A DNA stretch of 64,000 nucleotides from Patescibacteria group bacterium (lineage in GTDB: Bacteria > Patescibacteriota > Minisyncoccia > Phycocordibacterales > PALSA-1337). Shown one piece after another: positions 27,597 to 38,066 of the stretch. The stretch is from positions 55,991-119,990 of the forward strand of contig JANLHG010000020.1 in the NCBI GenBank assembly GCA_024654575.1. Direction: 5' to 3'. Position numbers and translations under genes: made by a program. A model generated the notes under the pieces. The model ran no database searches. It was not told the origin of the DNA and saw only the letters and a program-made list of their open reading frames with translations. Numbering within the stretch: the stretch's first letter is position 1; the number at the start of each line of letters is the position of its first letter.

Positions 27597-29255
27597 TTAC
27601 TCCCCTTTCATTTCCACATAAAATTGAGAACCTTTACCTTCGCCTGCCGATTCCGCCCAAATTTTACCTTTGTGTGAAGCCACGACTTCCTTTGCTACAT
27701 AAAGACCAAGGCCTGTGCCGTGAATATTTGTTTCGTTAGCTTTTTTATCACGAGTGAACTTTTGGAATAATTTAGGAATAGTTTTTTCTGCTATTCCGAT
27801 ACCTGTGTCTTTGATTGCAAAAATAATTTTACCAGCATTATTTTTCACAAGAGACACATCAACATTTCCCTGTGGAGTATATTTTATGGAATTATCAATT
27901 AAATTTCCAATGACCTGCTTAAACTTGTCAAGGTCAGCTTCAATTATGTATGTGTTATTGGAATCAGCCGTAAAATTGATGGCCAGACCTGACTTATCAA
28001 TCGTTGGTTTTAACTCAGCGAGAGTATCTTCAATCATTTTTTTCCAATCAATTTTCACGAAATTATATTTCATCGTTCCAAGTTCAATTCTAGAAATATC
28101 AAGATAATCATTAACCACGCTAGCTAATGTTTTTGAAGAATCTGATATTTTTTCAACCGCTTCTTTCACTTTTGGCGTCACTTCTCCCATGTCTCCTTCA
28201 AGAATTAGTGAAGCATAACCCCTCATTGCTGTCAGTGGACTTCTCAATTGATGTGTCGCAAAAGAAACGAACTCTGTCTTTTGTTTATCCAATTCCTTCA
28301 ACCGATCATTAGCTTTTTGTAAGTCTTCAGCCAATTTTTCAATCAACTCTCTTTGTCGCACCTCTTTTCTAACTGATTTGATAAGTAAAATTCCGAAAAA
28401 TATCGTTATGAGTAAAGTTACACTAACCACAATACGCATTACACTCAAATTATTTAAAAATAAAAGTGAACCTGTGAGCATCCAAAGCCCAGCGACAAGA
28501 ACATTCGCACCAATGAGTTTTATATTAAACGTTTTAAACCGAACTACACTATAAGCAAGAAAAGCAATAAATACAGGCATGGCGAATAACCCAATTTGAG
28601 CAAACCGCCAATCTTCAGTGAAGCTACTTATGATGTTACCAGATGAAAATGATAAAAGGAGAAATATGGTACCTGTAGTTAATACCAATATTTGGTGTTT
28701 AGTTTCTTTTATTTTTGTTTTTATAAATTCTTTTATAGAAAATACTATAATCCATAATGTAAGGAGAATTTCCGTACCGTAAGACAAGTAAATAATTATC
28801 GATGATTCTTCACTCAAACATGTAGCTATATTAAAAGATGAAAGACTAAATTTGGTTGGCACTAATATAATTATAGGAAGATAAATTAAACCAATTAGAA
28901 GTTTTTTGTTAAAAGATGTATCTTCCTTTTTAATCAAAACATACAATAAATATAACGCACTTATGTATACGATAGGTTCAAATAATATAACAACAGACCA
29001 AACAAACATAATCACATCACTCCTATTACTCGCCCAAAATATTGAATCAAGAAAAACCCAAGTTGAAAATGCAAGAGTTAAACATAAAATTATTCTATTA
29101 AGTAAACCTTTTTTGTTTTTAAAAAAAACAAAAAATCCAAGAATTAAAGAAATAATAACAACAGGAATATGAGAATAGTATACAAGTGGTGGAACATTTG
29201 ATGAAAATAATAAATATTTAGAACCTTCAAATGCACAAACTGCTGATGTTGTCAT
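27597..29255 (-). CDS. Sensor histidine kinase with N-terminal multi-TM domain
   Basis: ATHQLRSPL (H box), NLIDNSIKY, DTGIGI, GTGLGL. Confidence 0.93.
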   Translation of the reverse strand: MTTSAVCAFEGSKYLLFSSNVPPLVYYSHIPVVIISLILGFFVFFKNKKGLLNRIILCLTLAFSTWVFLDSIFWASNRSDVIMFVWSVVILFEPIVYISALYLLYVLIKKEDTSFNKKLLIGLIYLPIIILVPTKFSLSSFNIATCLSEESSIIIYLSYGTEILLTLWIIVFSIKEFIKTKIKETKHQILVLTTGTIFLLLSFSSGNIISSFTEDWRFAQIGLFAMPVFIAFLAYSVVRFKTFNIKLIGANVLVAGLWMLTGSLLFLNNLSVMRIVVSVTLLITIFFGILLIKSVRKEVRQRELIEKLAEDLQKANDRLKELDKQKTEFVSFATHQLRSPLTAMRGYASLILEGDMGEVTPKVKEAVEKISDSSKTLASVVNDYLDISRIELGTMKYNFVKIDWKKMIEDTLAELKPTIDKSGLAINFTADSNNTYIIEADLDKFKQVIGNLIDNSIKYTPQGNVDVSLVKNNAGKIIFAIKDTGIGIAEKTIPKLFQKFTRDKKANETNIHGTGLGLYVAKEVVASHKGKIWAESAGEGKGSQFYVEMKGE

Positions 29256-29401
29256 AATTGTTTTATTATATCAAGTATTATTCTTTTCTCAAAATTAATT
29301 AAATAAGTTCAGATATATATGTGGTGTGCGCATACATAAATTTGACAAAAACTGGCTAAAATTGATTTTGTCAATCTTTTAAAATACTGAATTGCGTATT
29401 A

Positions 29402-30370
29402 TTAATTTAATTTCTTTATGTTTATTAATGCATCTTGTGGTTTATTACCATATCTATACTGTATATTTAATTCAATATAATCCCCCTTTTGTACTTCTAT
29501 TTTAGGATTAATGGCAATAAAGATTTCACTATTCAAAAATGTTGTATCGTCTTTTTTTATTACTTTTTCGCTAGGCATAATAACTTCACTATAAATCATT
29601 AAACTATTCAATAATCCACCACTTTCTATTAAAATAGGAATGGTTTTATTTATAAAAATATTTGACTTATTTGTAAAATCTATTTCATCATACTCATAAG
29701 GTGAAGACAAAATGCGGTGAGATATTTTTATATTTCTTTCTGGAGATGTTACAAAAAGTTCTTTATTATGTGGATTATTAGGAAAAGCAACTTGAGAGAA
29801 AGAAACGATTGAACGAATTTTTTTAGGTATACAAATTCCATTAGTATTTAGATATTTGATCAAATTATTCATTATTTGCACTTGATATTCAAAAAACATT
29901 CCAGTATATATATTTTCACTTACAATAACATCCACATTATTTGGTGGTATGAATGTAATTGCGTCATGTAGAAAAAATTCTACTGATGAATTAGGTATAA
30001 ATTTCTTTTTCTCTAAATGATTTTTAATCTCTTGTGCTAATTTAAAAACATCAGGATTTATTTCACATCCATACACTTTCGCACCCAATGAAGCTGCGTA
30101 AAAAGACAAAATTCCTGTGCCAATTCCAGCTTCCAAAACAACATTCCCTTTAGATACTTTTTTATATATTTCATCAATAAAAAAATTTGTTCTTTTTGTA
30201 TCATAAACACAATGAACAGCATCAAGAATATTTAATCCAAACCTTGAAATATTCGACTGATTAAATCTATCACTTTCAGAAATTAAAAAACTTTTTTCAA
30301 GTTCATCGATTAACCCATGTTTTCTACAAAACGTCATTATTTCTTGATAAATATCCATCTTTTGGTTCAT
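29402..30370 (-). CDS. Class I SAM methyltransferase, PRMT-like
   Basis: VLEAGIGTGILS...VYGCE...VDVIVSENIYTGMFFE (double-E-loop-like); beta-rich C-terminus. Confidence 0.75.
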   Translation of the reverse strand: MNQKMDIYQEIMTFCRKHGLIDELEKSFLISESDRFNQSNISRFGLNILDAVHCVYDTKRTNFFIDEIYKKVSKGNVVLEAGIGTGILSFYAASLGAKVYGCEINPDVFKLAQEIKNHLEKKKFIPNSSVEFFLHDAITFIPPNNVDVIVSENIYTGMFFEYQVQIMNNLIKYLNTNGICIPKKIRSIVSFSQVAFPNNPHNKELFVTSPERNIKISHRILSSPYEYDEIDFTNKSNIFINKTIPILIESGGLLNSLMIYSEVIMPSEKVIKKDDTTFLNSEIFIAINPKIEVQKGDYIELNIQYRYGNKPQDALINIKKLN

Positions 30371-30460
30371 AATATATCTAATATAGCATGGATGAAATTA
30401 GATTCATTGATTTGGTGGTAATTTATATAAAATTATGAGATTATTATACCATACACTAGA

Positions 30461-30841
30461 ATGATTATGATTAAGACAAAACTTAGTAAGAGTAAGGTAC
30501 ATGGTATGGGTTTATATGCTGACCAATTTATACCAAAAGGAACTATTACTTGGATTTATTCTGATAAATATGATCAGTCATTTACAAAAAAAGATGTTGA
30601 AAAAATGGATGATATAACTAAGAAACAATTTTTCAAGTACGCTTATTGGGATAAAACTATAAAGAAATACGTTTTATGTTTTGATGATCAGAGATTTATT
30701 AATCATTCATCGAAGCCAAATATATTGTCAACTCAAAAAAAAGATGTTGCTAGCAGAGACATAAAAAAAGGAGAAGAACTTCTTTGTGATTATACAAAAT
30801 TTGATGAGAATTATTTTGATAATATAGGTTTTAAACATTAA
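30461..30841 (+). CDS. SET domain protein
   Basis: HGMGLYA, RFINHS..PN, IKKGEELLCDY. Confidence 0.9.
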   Translation: MIMIKTKLSKSKVHGMGLYADQFIPKGTITWIYSDKYDQSFTKKDVEKMDDITKKQFFKYAYWDKTIKKYVLCFDDQRFINHSSKPNILSTQKKDVASRDIKKGEELLCDYTKFDENYFDNIGFKH

Positions 30842-30856
30842 CATAATCAAAAAACC

Positions 30857-31267
30857 ATGCTAAAAGTTAAAACAAAATTACAGATGAGTCATATTCATGG
30901 AATCGGGCTTTTTGCTGACCAATTTATACCAAAAGGAACAATCACATGGGAATATGATCCTCATTTTGACATAAGTTACACTGAACAAGAATTAAAAAAA
31001 TTACCAAAATGGACTAAAGAGCAATTTTTGAAATATTCTTATTTTGATGAAAAAATTAAAAAATATATTTTATGTGCAGATGATCAAAGATTTATTAATC
31101 ACTCTATAGACCCTAATATATTATCTACACCTAATTTTGATAAAGCGGGAAAAGACATTCAACCTGGAGAAGAACTAGTCTGCAATTATAAAGACTACGA
31201 ATCAGATTGGTTTGAACGCCGAGGAATAGATGAAAAAGATTTTACCTATATTGTAAAAGGAAAATAA
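30857..31267 (+). CDS. SET domain protein (tandem paralog)
   Basis: HGIGLFA, RFINHSIDPN, IQPGEELVCNY. Confidence 0.9.
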   Translation: MLKVKTKLQMSHIHGIGLFADQFIPKGTITWEYDPHFDISYTEQELKKLPKWTKEQFLKYSYFDEKIKKYILCADDQRFINHSIDPNILSTPNFDKAGKDIQPGEELVCNYKDYESDWFERRGIDEKDFTYIVKGK

Positions 31268-31299
31268 AAAATCCTCACAGTGCCTAAGCCCCATAAGGA

Positions 31300-31899
31300 T
31301 TATCGTTTTTGTTTTCGAAAAAGTAAAAATGTTATGTAACCATTTAGTGTGACAATATATACTTGGTACACACTTTCACTAAATGCCCACTCACTAATCG
31401 CAAATATGTTTATAATAGATGCAATAGTTGCTAACATCCACCCCCACCTACCTTCACTTTCAGGTCTTAATATTGATTTAATAACAGTTGGATATAATCC
31501 AACAAAATCACTAAGAAGATTGATTATGAGAATAACAAGCGTTGCTACACCAATCTTTAGATATATAAGTATCCCCCAAAGAATGATACTCGTTATGCTA
31601 ATTTTGAAACACAAGATATCGGTTTCAAAACTTTTTCTGTCACTTTTCTCTCCATATTTTATAGAGAATAAAGCGATGATTAAGGGGTTAATAACATAAG
31701 TTATTGGAATCCAGATTGTGTCTTTATTTTCGGATTTCATTTCCGTAAAATAACTCACCAAAATCATTCCACCAACAAATGTCATAATCCACCATGTTAC
31801 TTTGTTAGGTTTTGTATTACCTTTGAAAATACTGACTACATAAATAATAACGGAGAGAAATGAAATAATCCCCGCTATTTTACCAGCGTATTCGTTCAC
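31300..31899 (-). CDS. Multi-pass membrane protein
   Basis: 199 aa, hydrophobic; TKPN..TW and PT..KS...PESE motifs; GTG start with GGAGGA RBS. Confidence 0.75.
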   Translation of the reverse strand: MNEYAGKIAGIISFLSVIIYVVSIFKGNTKPNKVTWWIMTFVGGMILVSYFTEMKSENKDTIWIPITYVINPLIIALFSIKYGEKSDRKSFETDILCFKISITSIILWGILIYLKIGVATLVILIINLLSDFVGLYPTVIKSILRPESEGRWGWMLATIASIINIFAISEWAFSESVYQVYIVTLNGYITFLLFRKQKR

Positions 31900-32079
31900 T
31901 TATTCCTCCTTGTTAAAGTTCAATTCGACTTGAATTATATCATATTTGACTTTCAGAGTCAATAATCGGGTAATCATGCACTATCATTGTCCTATAAAAT
32001 GTAAATACTATCGATAGACCAATGAGTACAAAAACTGTAATTATTAATATTTTTGATTTTTTGTCCATATATTTTTTAT

Positions 32080-32478
32080 TTAATAAATATTCTCTTTTGG
32101 ATATTTTATGCCCCTTTTAATAAAATTACTTTCAATATCTTTTAAATCGAAAGCTTTTTTAAAATAATTTTCTACAAAATTTAAATCCATACCATTTTTG
32201 CAAGTGTACACATCCGCACTAACAAATCCTCTTTTGGGAAAAGTGTGAATACTAATATGACTTTCATTAATGACTACAAAACCGCTCCATCCTCCTGGGT
32301 CTTTGGAATCGTTTCCATCGGCGTGATAAACAACCGGCTCGGATAATTTAGACATAGATAATAATTCTGGAAGTTCATTTAAAACACTAAAAACCAATTT
32401 TTTATCATTTAATTTATTTTCATTTCCTCCATATCCGTCAATCGTTATATGTTCCCCAAAATGCGAATCTTGATTCAT
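32080..32478 (-). CDS. speD: S-adenosylmethionine decarboxylase proenzyme family
   Basis: GEHITIDGY...GWSGFVVINESHISIHTFP...DVYTC. Confidence 0.88.
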   Translation of the reverse strand: MNQDSHFGEHITIDGYGGNENKLNDKKLVFSVLNELPELLSMSKLSEPVVYHADGNDSKDPGGWSGFVVINESHISIHTFPKRGFVSADVYTCKNGMDLNFVENYFKKAFDLKDIESNFIKRGIKYPKENIY

Positions 32479-32570
32479 AAATAAATTATATCACATAATT
32501 CACCCCTACTATAAATTCAAAAATGTAATCGTGAGTTGTAAAACTGTAGCATGAGATTATGTTATCAAAT

Positions 32571-33974
32571 TTATTTAACAACCTTTTTGCACTTATATAT
32601 TGCGACTTGGTTCAAGAGTGTGTCTGGCGAAGTTCTGTCAAAAGATTTATATAATACACAAGAAGATTCGAAAATTTTCCGATCGAAATATCCCTCGAAG
32701 CCCGTGTCTGTGATATTTTGTTTTGGATAATTTGCTATTCGCGCCACAAAATATACTCCATGCTCGACTGCGTCTTGTGACATCACGCCTAGGTCTTGCG
32801 CTCCGGAGGCAAAGCTTTGCGTATTTGTGTCTATGGCGTTATCGAATATTTCCTTGCCAGAGATGAGAGCTACCAGAGGGGCGACTTCTGTCGAGCCATA
32901 TATCGGCAAATCTTCTTTGGCATTTTTTAATACTTCTGCGATCTCCTGCGGGTTATCCAAGACACCTTGTGGTGCAAAAGTATTTGCATATATCGTAATG
33001 GAATAAATAGCGACAAAAATATAAAACAAGCTAAACGTCCAAGCGAACTCTTCTTGTCTAGTATGCAGATATGTAAAAAGTCCTACTGTCAATATTACAA
33101 TAAACGGCATCAAGAGGTGCAGATACATATAATACAAGTCAGTATATATCAAGAAAAAAACAGCAGAGAAAATGAGCGGATAAACGTAAAGTTTTTTTCT
33201 AGCGATAAATATTCCAGCAATACTAGCTACTACCAAGAGCCATTCAAATTTAAAAAAGACGCTGGCGATCTTCCACTTGTCTATTCCGTATGGGCGATGC
33301 AAGTGATGAACGATCAAGTTTTGGAAAGTCTGGTGCGGGGCAATTATGAAAAACGGCGCGAGGACGATGAAAGTGGCAACCAGTCCGCCCAAGATAATTT
33401 TCTTGATTGCTAAAAATTCTTTAGAAATTATTTTGTAAAATAAAAATCCAAGCAAGGCTGGTCCAGCATAGAGCTTGGAGAGGCAGGCGAGAGCCCAAGA
33501 CACGCCAGAATAAAAATGTTTTTCTCTTTGGTCTAAATAAATGGCGAGCAAGAGGAAAAAGATCATCATTTCTGCGCCGGTCATATAGTCTGAAGTGGCG
33601 AGCACTGTAAAAGAGAATAGGTAAAATATCGGGCCGAGGTATGCAAAGACGTTTGTCTTGCGGAGCAGTAGAAAGATGAGCACTGCCGACGCACTGTCAA
33701 AGACTATCGGCAAAGCCTTGAAAAGTATGATGTGCGAGCCAAACAAGCCTTTGAACAGGGCAAGTAGATATATGAAAAACGGTGGATCAGCAAAGAAAAA
33801 GTCTCTGTATGGCACGAGTCCGCGCCAAATGGCGTCTGACATATAGAAATATATATTCTCGTCACCGAATCTAAAATGAAGTGAGGAAAGTTTCCATAAC
33901 GCAAACACTGCGATGGTCACTGTCACTATCCATATATCTCTCTTCAGGTTTGCTATTTCCTCTTTTTTGTCCAT
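32571..33974 (-). CDS. GT-C fold membrane glycosyltransferase (ArnT/PMT-like)
   Basis: DENIY...PYRDFFFADPP, many TM segments. Confidence 0.8.
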   Translation of the reverse strand: MDKKEEIANLKRDIWIVTVTIAVFALWKLSSLHFRFGDENIYFYMSDAIWRGLVPYRDFFFADPPFFIYLLALFKGLFGSHIILFKALPIVFDSASAVLIFLLLRKTNVFAYLGPIFYLFSFTVLATSDYMTGAEMMIFFLLLAIYLDQREKHFYSGVSWALACLSKLYAGPALLGFLFYKIISKEFLAIKKIILGGLVATFIVLAPFFIIAPHQTFQNLIVHHLHRPYGIDKWKIASVFFKFEWLLVVASIAGIFIARKKLYVYPLIFSAVFFLIYTDLYYMYLHLLMPFIVILTVGLFTYLHTRQEEFAWTFSLFYIFVAIYSITIYANTFAPQGVLDNPQEIAEVLKNAKEDLPIYGSTEVAPLVALISGKEIFDNAIDTNTQSFASGAQDLGVMSQDAVEHGVYFVARIANYPKQNITDTGFEGYFDRKIFESSCVLYKSFDRTSPDTLLNQVAIYKCKKVVK

Positions 33975-34079
33975 ATAGATATTATATTAATAAACACAGA
34001 GTATAAGCAAATGCTTATCAGCTATTGACTTTTATGTTTGGTTATGGTAAGATGGATATCAAGAAAGGAGGTGGGTTAA

Positions 34080-34172
34080 ATGAATAGTACCCCAAAAGAA
34101 TGGGCGATTGACATTATCGGAGCTATAGCGTTTGTGATCCTCGTTTGGATTGCGCTAAAAATACCTTGGTAG
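34080..34172 (+). CDS. 30-aa hydrophobic peptide, type I toxin-like
   Basis: MNSTPKEWAIDIIGAIAFVILVWIALKIPW; AGAAAGGAGGT RBS; TTGACT-N17-TAAGAT promoter. Confidence 0.75.
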   Translation: MNSTPKEWAIDIIGAIAFVILVWIALKIPW

Positions 34173-34189
34173 CTTGGTAGTCCGCCAAC

Positions 34190-34230
34190 AGCCCGCGTCG
34201 CCATCGAAAGGTGGCACGCGGGCTTTTTAT
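34190..34230 (+). terminator. Strong intrinsic terminator
   Basis: agcccgcgtcgccatc-gaaa-ggtggcacgcgggct-tttt. Confidence 0.85.
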
Positions 34231-34365
34231 TTGGTTCATATCTACTTCCATTTTAACGGTATCTTTAACATCCTGACAAACTCCAGTATGTGGGGATACT
34301 ATAATGGTATCTGAGGGGGTTATTTATTTCTCGAATTTTAGAAAATGGTGGCTGACCATATTTTC

Positions 34366-34761
34366 TCAAAGAGATGTATTACGAGTAAATTGTTTTTGAA
34401 ATGAATAATCACCTAAAACACCTAATCTAAAAGTTGTGATACAACTATATATCCATGGCCCGTCATTTGTCTTACCCCCAGAGCAATTATGACTATAATT
34501 AACCGCCAACAAAATCTGTACTAATAAACCAATAACCATAATCGAAGTAAGTATCGTAATAATCTTTGTCATTCCTATCATTTTTTCTGTTTGCTTAGAA
34601 GATTGCTTATTGAAAGTCTCGATTGTTTTCTCTAATTTATTTACTGAACGTTTTATTAACTCATTTGATTCAAGAACTCCATACCTAGGATCATGTTCTT
34701 TTACTCCCATTTTTAATTGTTCGTCTTCTATTTCTTCTAATTTTTGTGAAAAATTACTCAT
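34366..34761 (-). CDS. Hypothetical protein with one TM helix
   Basis: 131-aa ORF downstream of the RM operon. Confidence 0.65.
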   Translation of the reverse strand: MSNFSQKLEEIEDEQLKMGVKEHDPRYGVLESNELIKRSVNKLEKTIETFNKQSSKQTEKMIGMTKIITILTSIMVIGLLVQILLAVNYSHNCSGGKTNDGPWIYSCITTFRLGVLGDYSFQKQFTRNTSL

Positions 34762-34833
34762 ATATTTATTATTTCCACAATACTACTTTAGTTTTAAAAA
34801 GCAATTTATTTAATCAAAAGTACATAATATTTT

Positions 34834-35610
34834 TTATTTATTGTAATTTTGTATTCGTTTGTTTGCTAAATCCACATATTTTTTTTCTTTTTCGATTCCA
34901 ATCCAGTTTCTCTCAAGTGCCTTTGCGACAACAGCTGTCGTGCCACTTCCTAAAAATGGGTCAAGAATTAAATCACCTTTTTTACTAGAAGTTAAAATTA
35001 CTTGTTGAATAAGTTTTAATGGTTTTTGTGTGGGATGTGATTTTATTCCATTTTCATCTCGTAATCGTTCCTTACCTTTACATAAACCAAACACCCAGTC
35101 AGTATCTTTCATTTGTTTTCCACCGTTTATTTTTTTTAAGAAATCATTATTAAAAGTGTAATTTTTACAATTTTTATTTTTTACAGCCCAAATTAAAATT
35201 TCGTGATTATTTGTAAATCTTCTACCATTAAAATTTGGCATAGCATCAGTTTTGACCCAAATCACATCATTTAAAAACCATAACCCTAAGTCTTGCATAA
35301 TTTTACCAACTCGAAAAACATTATGGTACATACCCATTACCCAAATCGTTCCAGTTGGTTTCAATATTCTTTGACATTCTTTAATCCAATTACCTGTAAA
35401 AGTATCGTAATCTTCATAGCTTTCAAATTTATCCCATTCATCATTTACAGGAATTACTTCCGTTCCGTTTTCTCGTATAAGTTTTCTATTTTTCGGCAAT
35501 TGTAAATTATATGGTGGATCAGCAAAAATTAAATCAAAACTATTATCAGGAAATGTTTTTAATACCTCTAAACAATCACCATAAATTATGGTATTAACTA
35601 TTTTTTTCAT
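34834..35610 (-). CDS. Beta-class N6/N4 DNA methyltransferase (short paralog)
   Basis: FADPPY, HPTQKP, LDPFLGSGTT. Confidence 0.92.
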   Translation of the reverse strand: MKKIVNTIIYGDCLEVLKTFPDNSFDLIFADPPYNLQLPKNRKLIRENGTEVIPVNDEWDKFESYEDYDTFTGNWIKECQRILKPTGTIWVMGMYHNVFRVGKIMQDLGLWFLNDVIWVKTDAMPNFNGRRFTNNHEILIWAVKNKNCKNYTFNNDFLKKINGGKQMKDTDWVFGLCKGKERLRDENGIKSHPTQKPLKLIQQVILTSSKKGDLILDPFLGSGTTAVVAKALERNWIGIEKEKKYVDLANKRIQNYNK

Positions 35611-35630
35611 AAAAATACAATAAAACCAAA

Positions 35631-36425
35631 CTATTCATCATATCTAATTTTTTTATATAGATTATCAAATATCTCAATTATTTCTTTATCTTCACTAACT
35701 TCTTTTAAGTAACCATCTAAATCTTCATATCTTATTGAAAAAAATTTATTAAATAAATCTGATCCACGACTTATATAATTCTTTTCTGGAACATAAATAT
35801 TACCTTTCATTCTTTTATAATTAAAGTAATATAGAATTGGTTTTAGATCATTAATATCATTTATTTTTAACTCTTTTACAAGACCTGCATAAGTCTTTAT
35901 GAATTTTCTATTAATATCTACAAACTTCCCTGTATCATGGTCATCATTATATTTAATTTCTAAATAATAATATTTTTTATCTTTTTTATCTTTAAATAAA
36001 CAATCTATATCATGTTTGTTTTCGATAAGATGTACTTTCTGTTTTTGTTCTCGGATAATATCATTTAAAAGTTTTTCAAATTTTTCTGTCAATTTATCAT
36101 CAGTATTATTTTGGCTATTTGATATAAACTTATCTATTATACTATCAGTATTTTCTGTTAAAGATAATTTAATATTCTTTTTACCAGAAAGATGTGGAAT
36201 TATTTCTAGATTTTTTTCTGACTCAACGATTTTATGTATTAATACTTCTATAAAATTACCAAATTGAATATTTAAAGATTGTAATAATCCACCAAAAACA
36301 CGATATTTAACGGGAACAAAATGTAACTTAACTTCGTGTTTTTTTGTTATTAAACCTATTTTATTTTTATTTGACGTATTATTTAGAAGTTCAATAACAG
36401 CGTCCTTTATTAATTTTTTAATCAT
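35631..36425 (-). CDS. Type II restriction endonuclease, probably HinfI family
   Basis: GNFIE...DIDCLF...YLEIKYNDDHDTGK PD-(D/E)xK motif; lies between two MTases. Confidence 0.78.
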   Translation of the reverse strand: MIKKLIKDAVIELLNNTSNKNKIGLITKKHEVKLHFVPVKYRVFGGLLQSLNIQFGNFIEVLIHKIVESEKNLEIIPHLSGKKNIKLSLTENTDSIIDKFISNSQNNTDDKLTEKFEKLLNDIIREQKQKVHLIENKHDIDCLFKDKKDKKYYYLEIKYNDDHDTGKFVDINRKFIKTYAGLVKELKINDINDLKPILYYFNYKRMKGNIYVPEKNYISRGSDLFNKFFSIRYEDLDGYLKEVSEDKEIIEIFDNLYKKIRYDE

Positions 36426-37498
36426 ATTTTTAAATAAGTGTTTATATAATCCTGTCTTAAATCGTTGATCAGTACAAGTTGTCCTCTACGTTTAATATAC
36501 CAAAATGTCCAACCGTTATTTGTTTCTTTATTTAATAATCTAGCACTAACTTTATGAATTGATCCAATTTCCTCATTTGATGATAAGGTCGAATCTGCTA
36601 ATACTACCGCCTTTTTATCTCCATTCTTTAAATAAAGATTTTCACCAACATTAATTAAACCAGACTCAACTAAATTACCAAATGGAACTTTGGGATTTCT
36701 TGACTCAATCGGATATAGTAGTAGTTTTTCATCAATTAATTTAACTTTTTTTATTCTATCATTTGCTACTTTTATATAAAAATTCTCTTTTTCTATCCCT
36801 ATAAAATTTCTTCTCATTTTTTTTGCTACAGCTCCAGTTGTGCCACTTCCCATAAAAGGATCTAAAATTATATCTCCAATATTTGAAGTTGATAATATTA
36901 TTCTATAAAGTAAAGCTTCCGGTTTTTGAGTTGAATGAGCTTTATTTCCATTTACTTTTATTCTTTCTCCTCCACTACATATAGGTATGTACCAATCACT
37001 TCTCATTTGTTTATCATCGTTGAATGCTTTCATAGATCTATAGTGAAAAGTTGATTTAGACTTATCACTTTTTGATGCCAGAATCAACGTCTCTTGTGCA
37101 TTGTTAAATCTCGTACCTTTAAAATTAGGCATTGGATTAGTTTTAATCCAAATAATGTCATTCAATATCCAAAAACCAATGTCTTGCATAATTTTACCAA
37201 CTCGAAAAATATTATGATAACTACCAATAACCCAAATTGAACCATCTTTTTTTAAAACTCTTTTACATTCTAGTAACCAACTATAAGTAAACTTATCGTA
37301 GTCATCGAAAGAAGGAAATTTATCCCACTTATCATTTACTGCACTTACTTTAGTTTGATTGGGTCTATAAAGATCACCTTTTAGTTGTAAATTATATGGT
37401 GGATCAGCAAAAATAAGATCTACAGAATTTTCTGGTAATTTTTTAAGAGTTTCTATACAATCACCTTTTATTATTGTATTTAAATATTTCTTATCCAT
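36422..37498 (-). CDS. M.HinfI/CcrM-family adenine DNA methyltransferase
   Basis: FADPPYNLQL.GDLYRP, HSTQKPEALL, DPFMGSGTT; C-terminal GSIHK...NGWTFW domain. Confidence 0.92.
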   Translation of the reverse strand: MDKKYLNTIIKGDCIETLKKLPENSVDLIFADPPYNLQLKGDLYRPNQTKVSAVNDKWDKFPSFDDYDKFTYSWLLECKRVLKKDGSIWVIGSYHNIFRVGKIMQDIGFWILNDIIWIKTNPMPNFKGTRFNNAQETLILASKSDKSKSTFHYRSMKAFNDDKQMRSDWYIPICSGGERIKVNGNKAHSTQKPEALLYRIILSTSNIGDIILDPFMGSGTTGAVAKKMRRNFIGIEKENFYIKVANDRIKKVKLIDEKLLLYPIESRNPKVPFGNLVESGLINVGENLYLKNGDKKAVVLADSTLSSNEEIGSIHKVSARLLNKETNNGWTFWYIKRRGQLVLINDLRQDYINTYLKI

Positions 37499-37641
37499 AA
37501 ATTTTATAATCTAATTCTACTGTATGTTCAAATGAAATCATATTTTTGTGAAATTACAGATTTTCAATATAATTATTCTTACTCCATATTATTTCATATT
37601 TTTGAGTTTTTTTCTAGTCAGTTATTTTGAAAGCATTTGTT

Positions 37642-37731
37642 TTGACAAATACAATAATTCAGCGTGCAACCTAAAATTTATCCACATTTTTTGATTTTTT
37701 CTTTGAAGTTATACACCTACATTGCTATAAT
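37642..37731 (+). promoter_or_regulatory. Repeated promoter element copy 2 with perfect DnaA box
   Basis: TTATCCACA 37678-37686; TTGAAG-N17-TATAAT. Confidence 0.78.
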
Positions 37732-37875
37732 TTAACATATTAGGTATTGAAAATTGAAATTTGTAATTTCTCACTTAACATCTAAATTTGGATTTTGAGT
37801 GAGGAATTAGAAATCGTGACAGCATCCTCTCCATCGTTGACTTGAAATACGAATTGGATAAATAGTCAAAAACCT

Positions 37876-37989
37876 ATGAAAATAGGAAGAAGTGCTAAAA
37901 CTGGAAAGTTTGTTCCAGTGAAAAAGGCTCGAGATAACCCATCTACATATGTAGTGGAAACAATCAAGCCCCAGAAAAAAAGAAAATAG
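37876..37989 (+). CDS. Small basic protein (37 aa) in tRNA-like module 2
   Basis: MKIGRSAKTGKFVPVKKARDNPSTYVVETIKPQKKRK; resembles a widespread small-protein family (GR.A.TG.F...P.T.VVETI). Confidence 0.75.
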   Translation: MKIGRSAKTGKFVPVKKARDNPSTYVVETIKPQKKRK

Positions 37990-38066
37990 CCCTCGTGTTC
38001 AAACAAAAGGCTATTTTCTAAAAAATTAATATAAACTTTCTTACGAATTTTTATATACCCATACCT

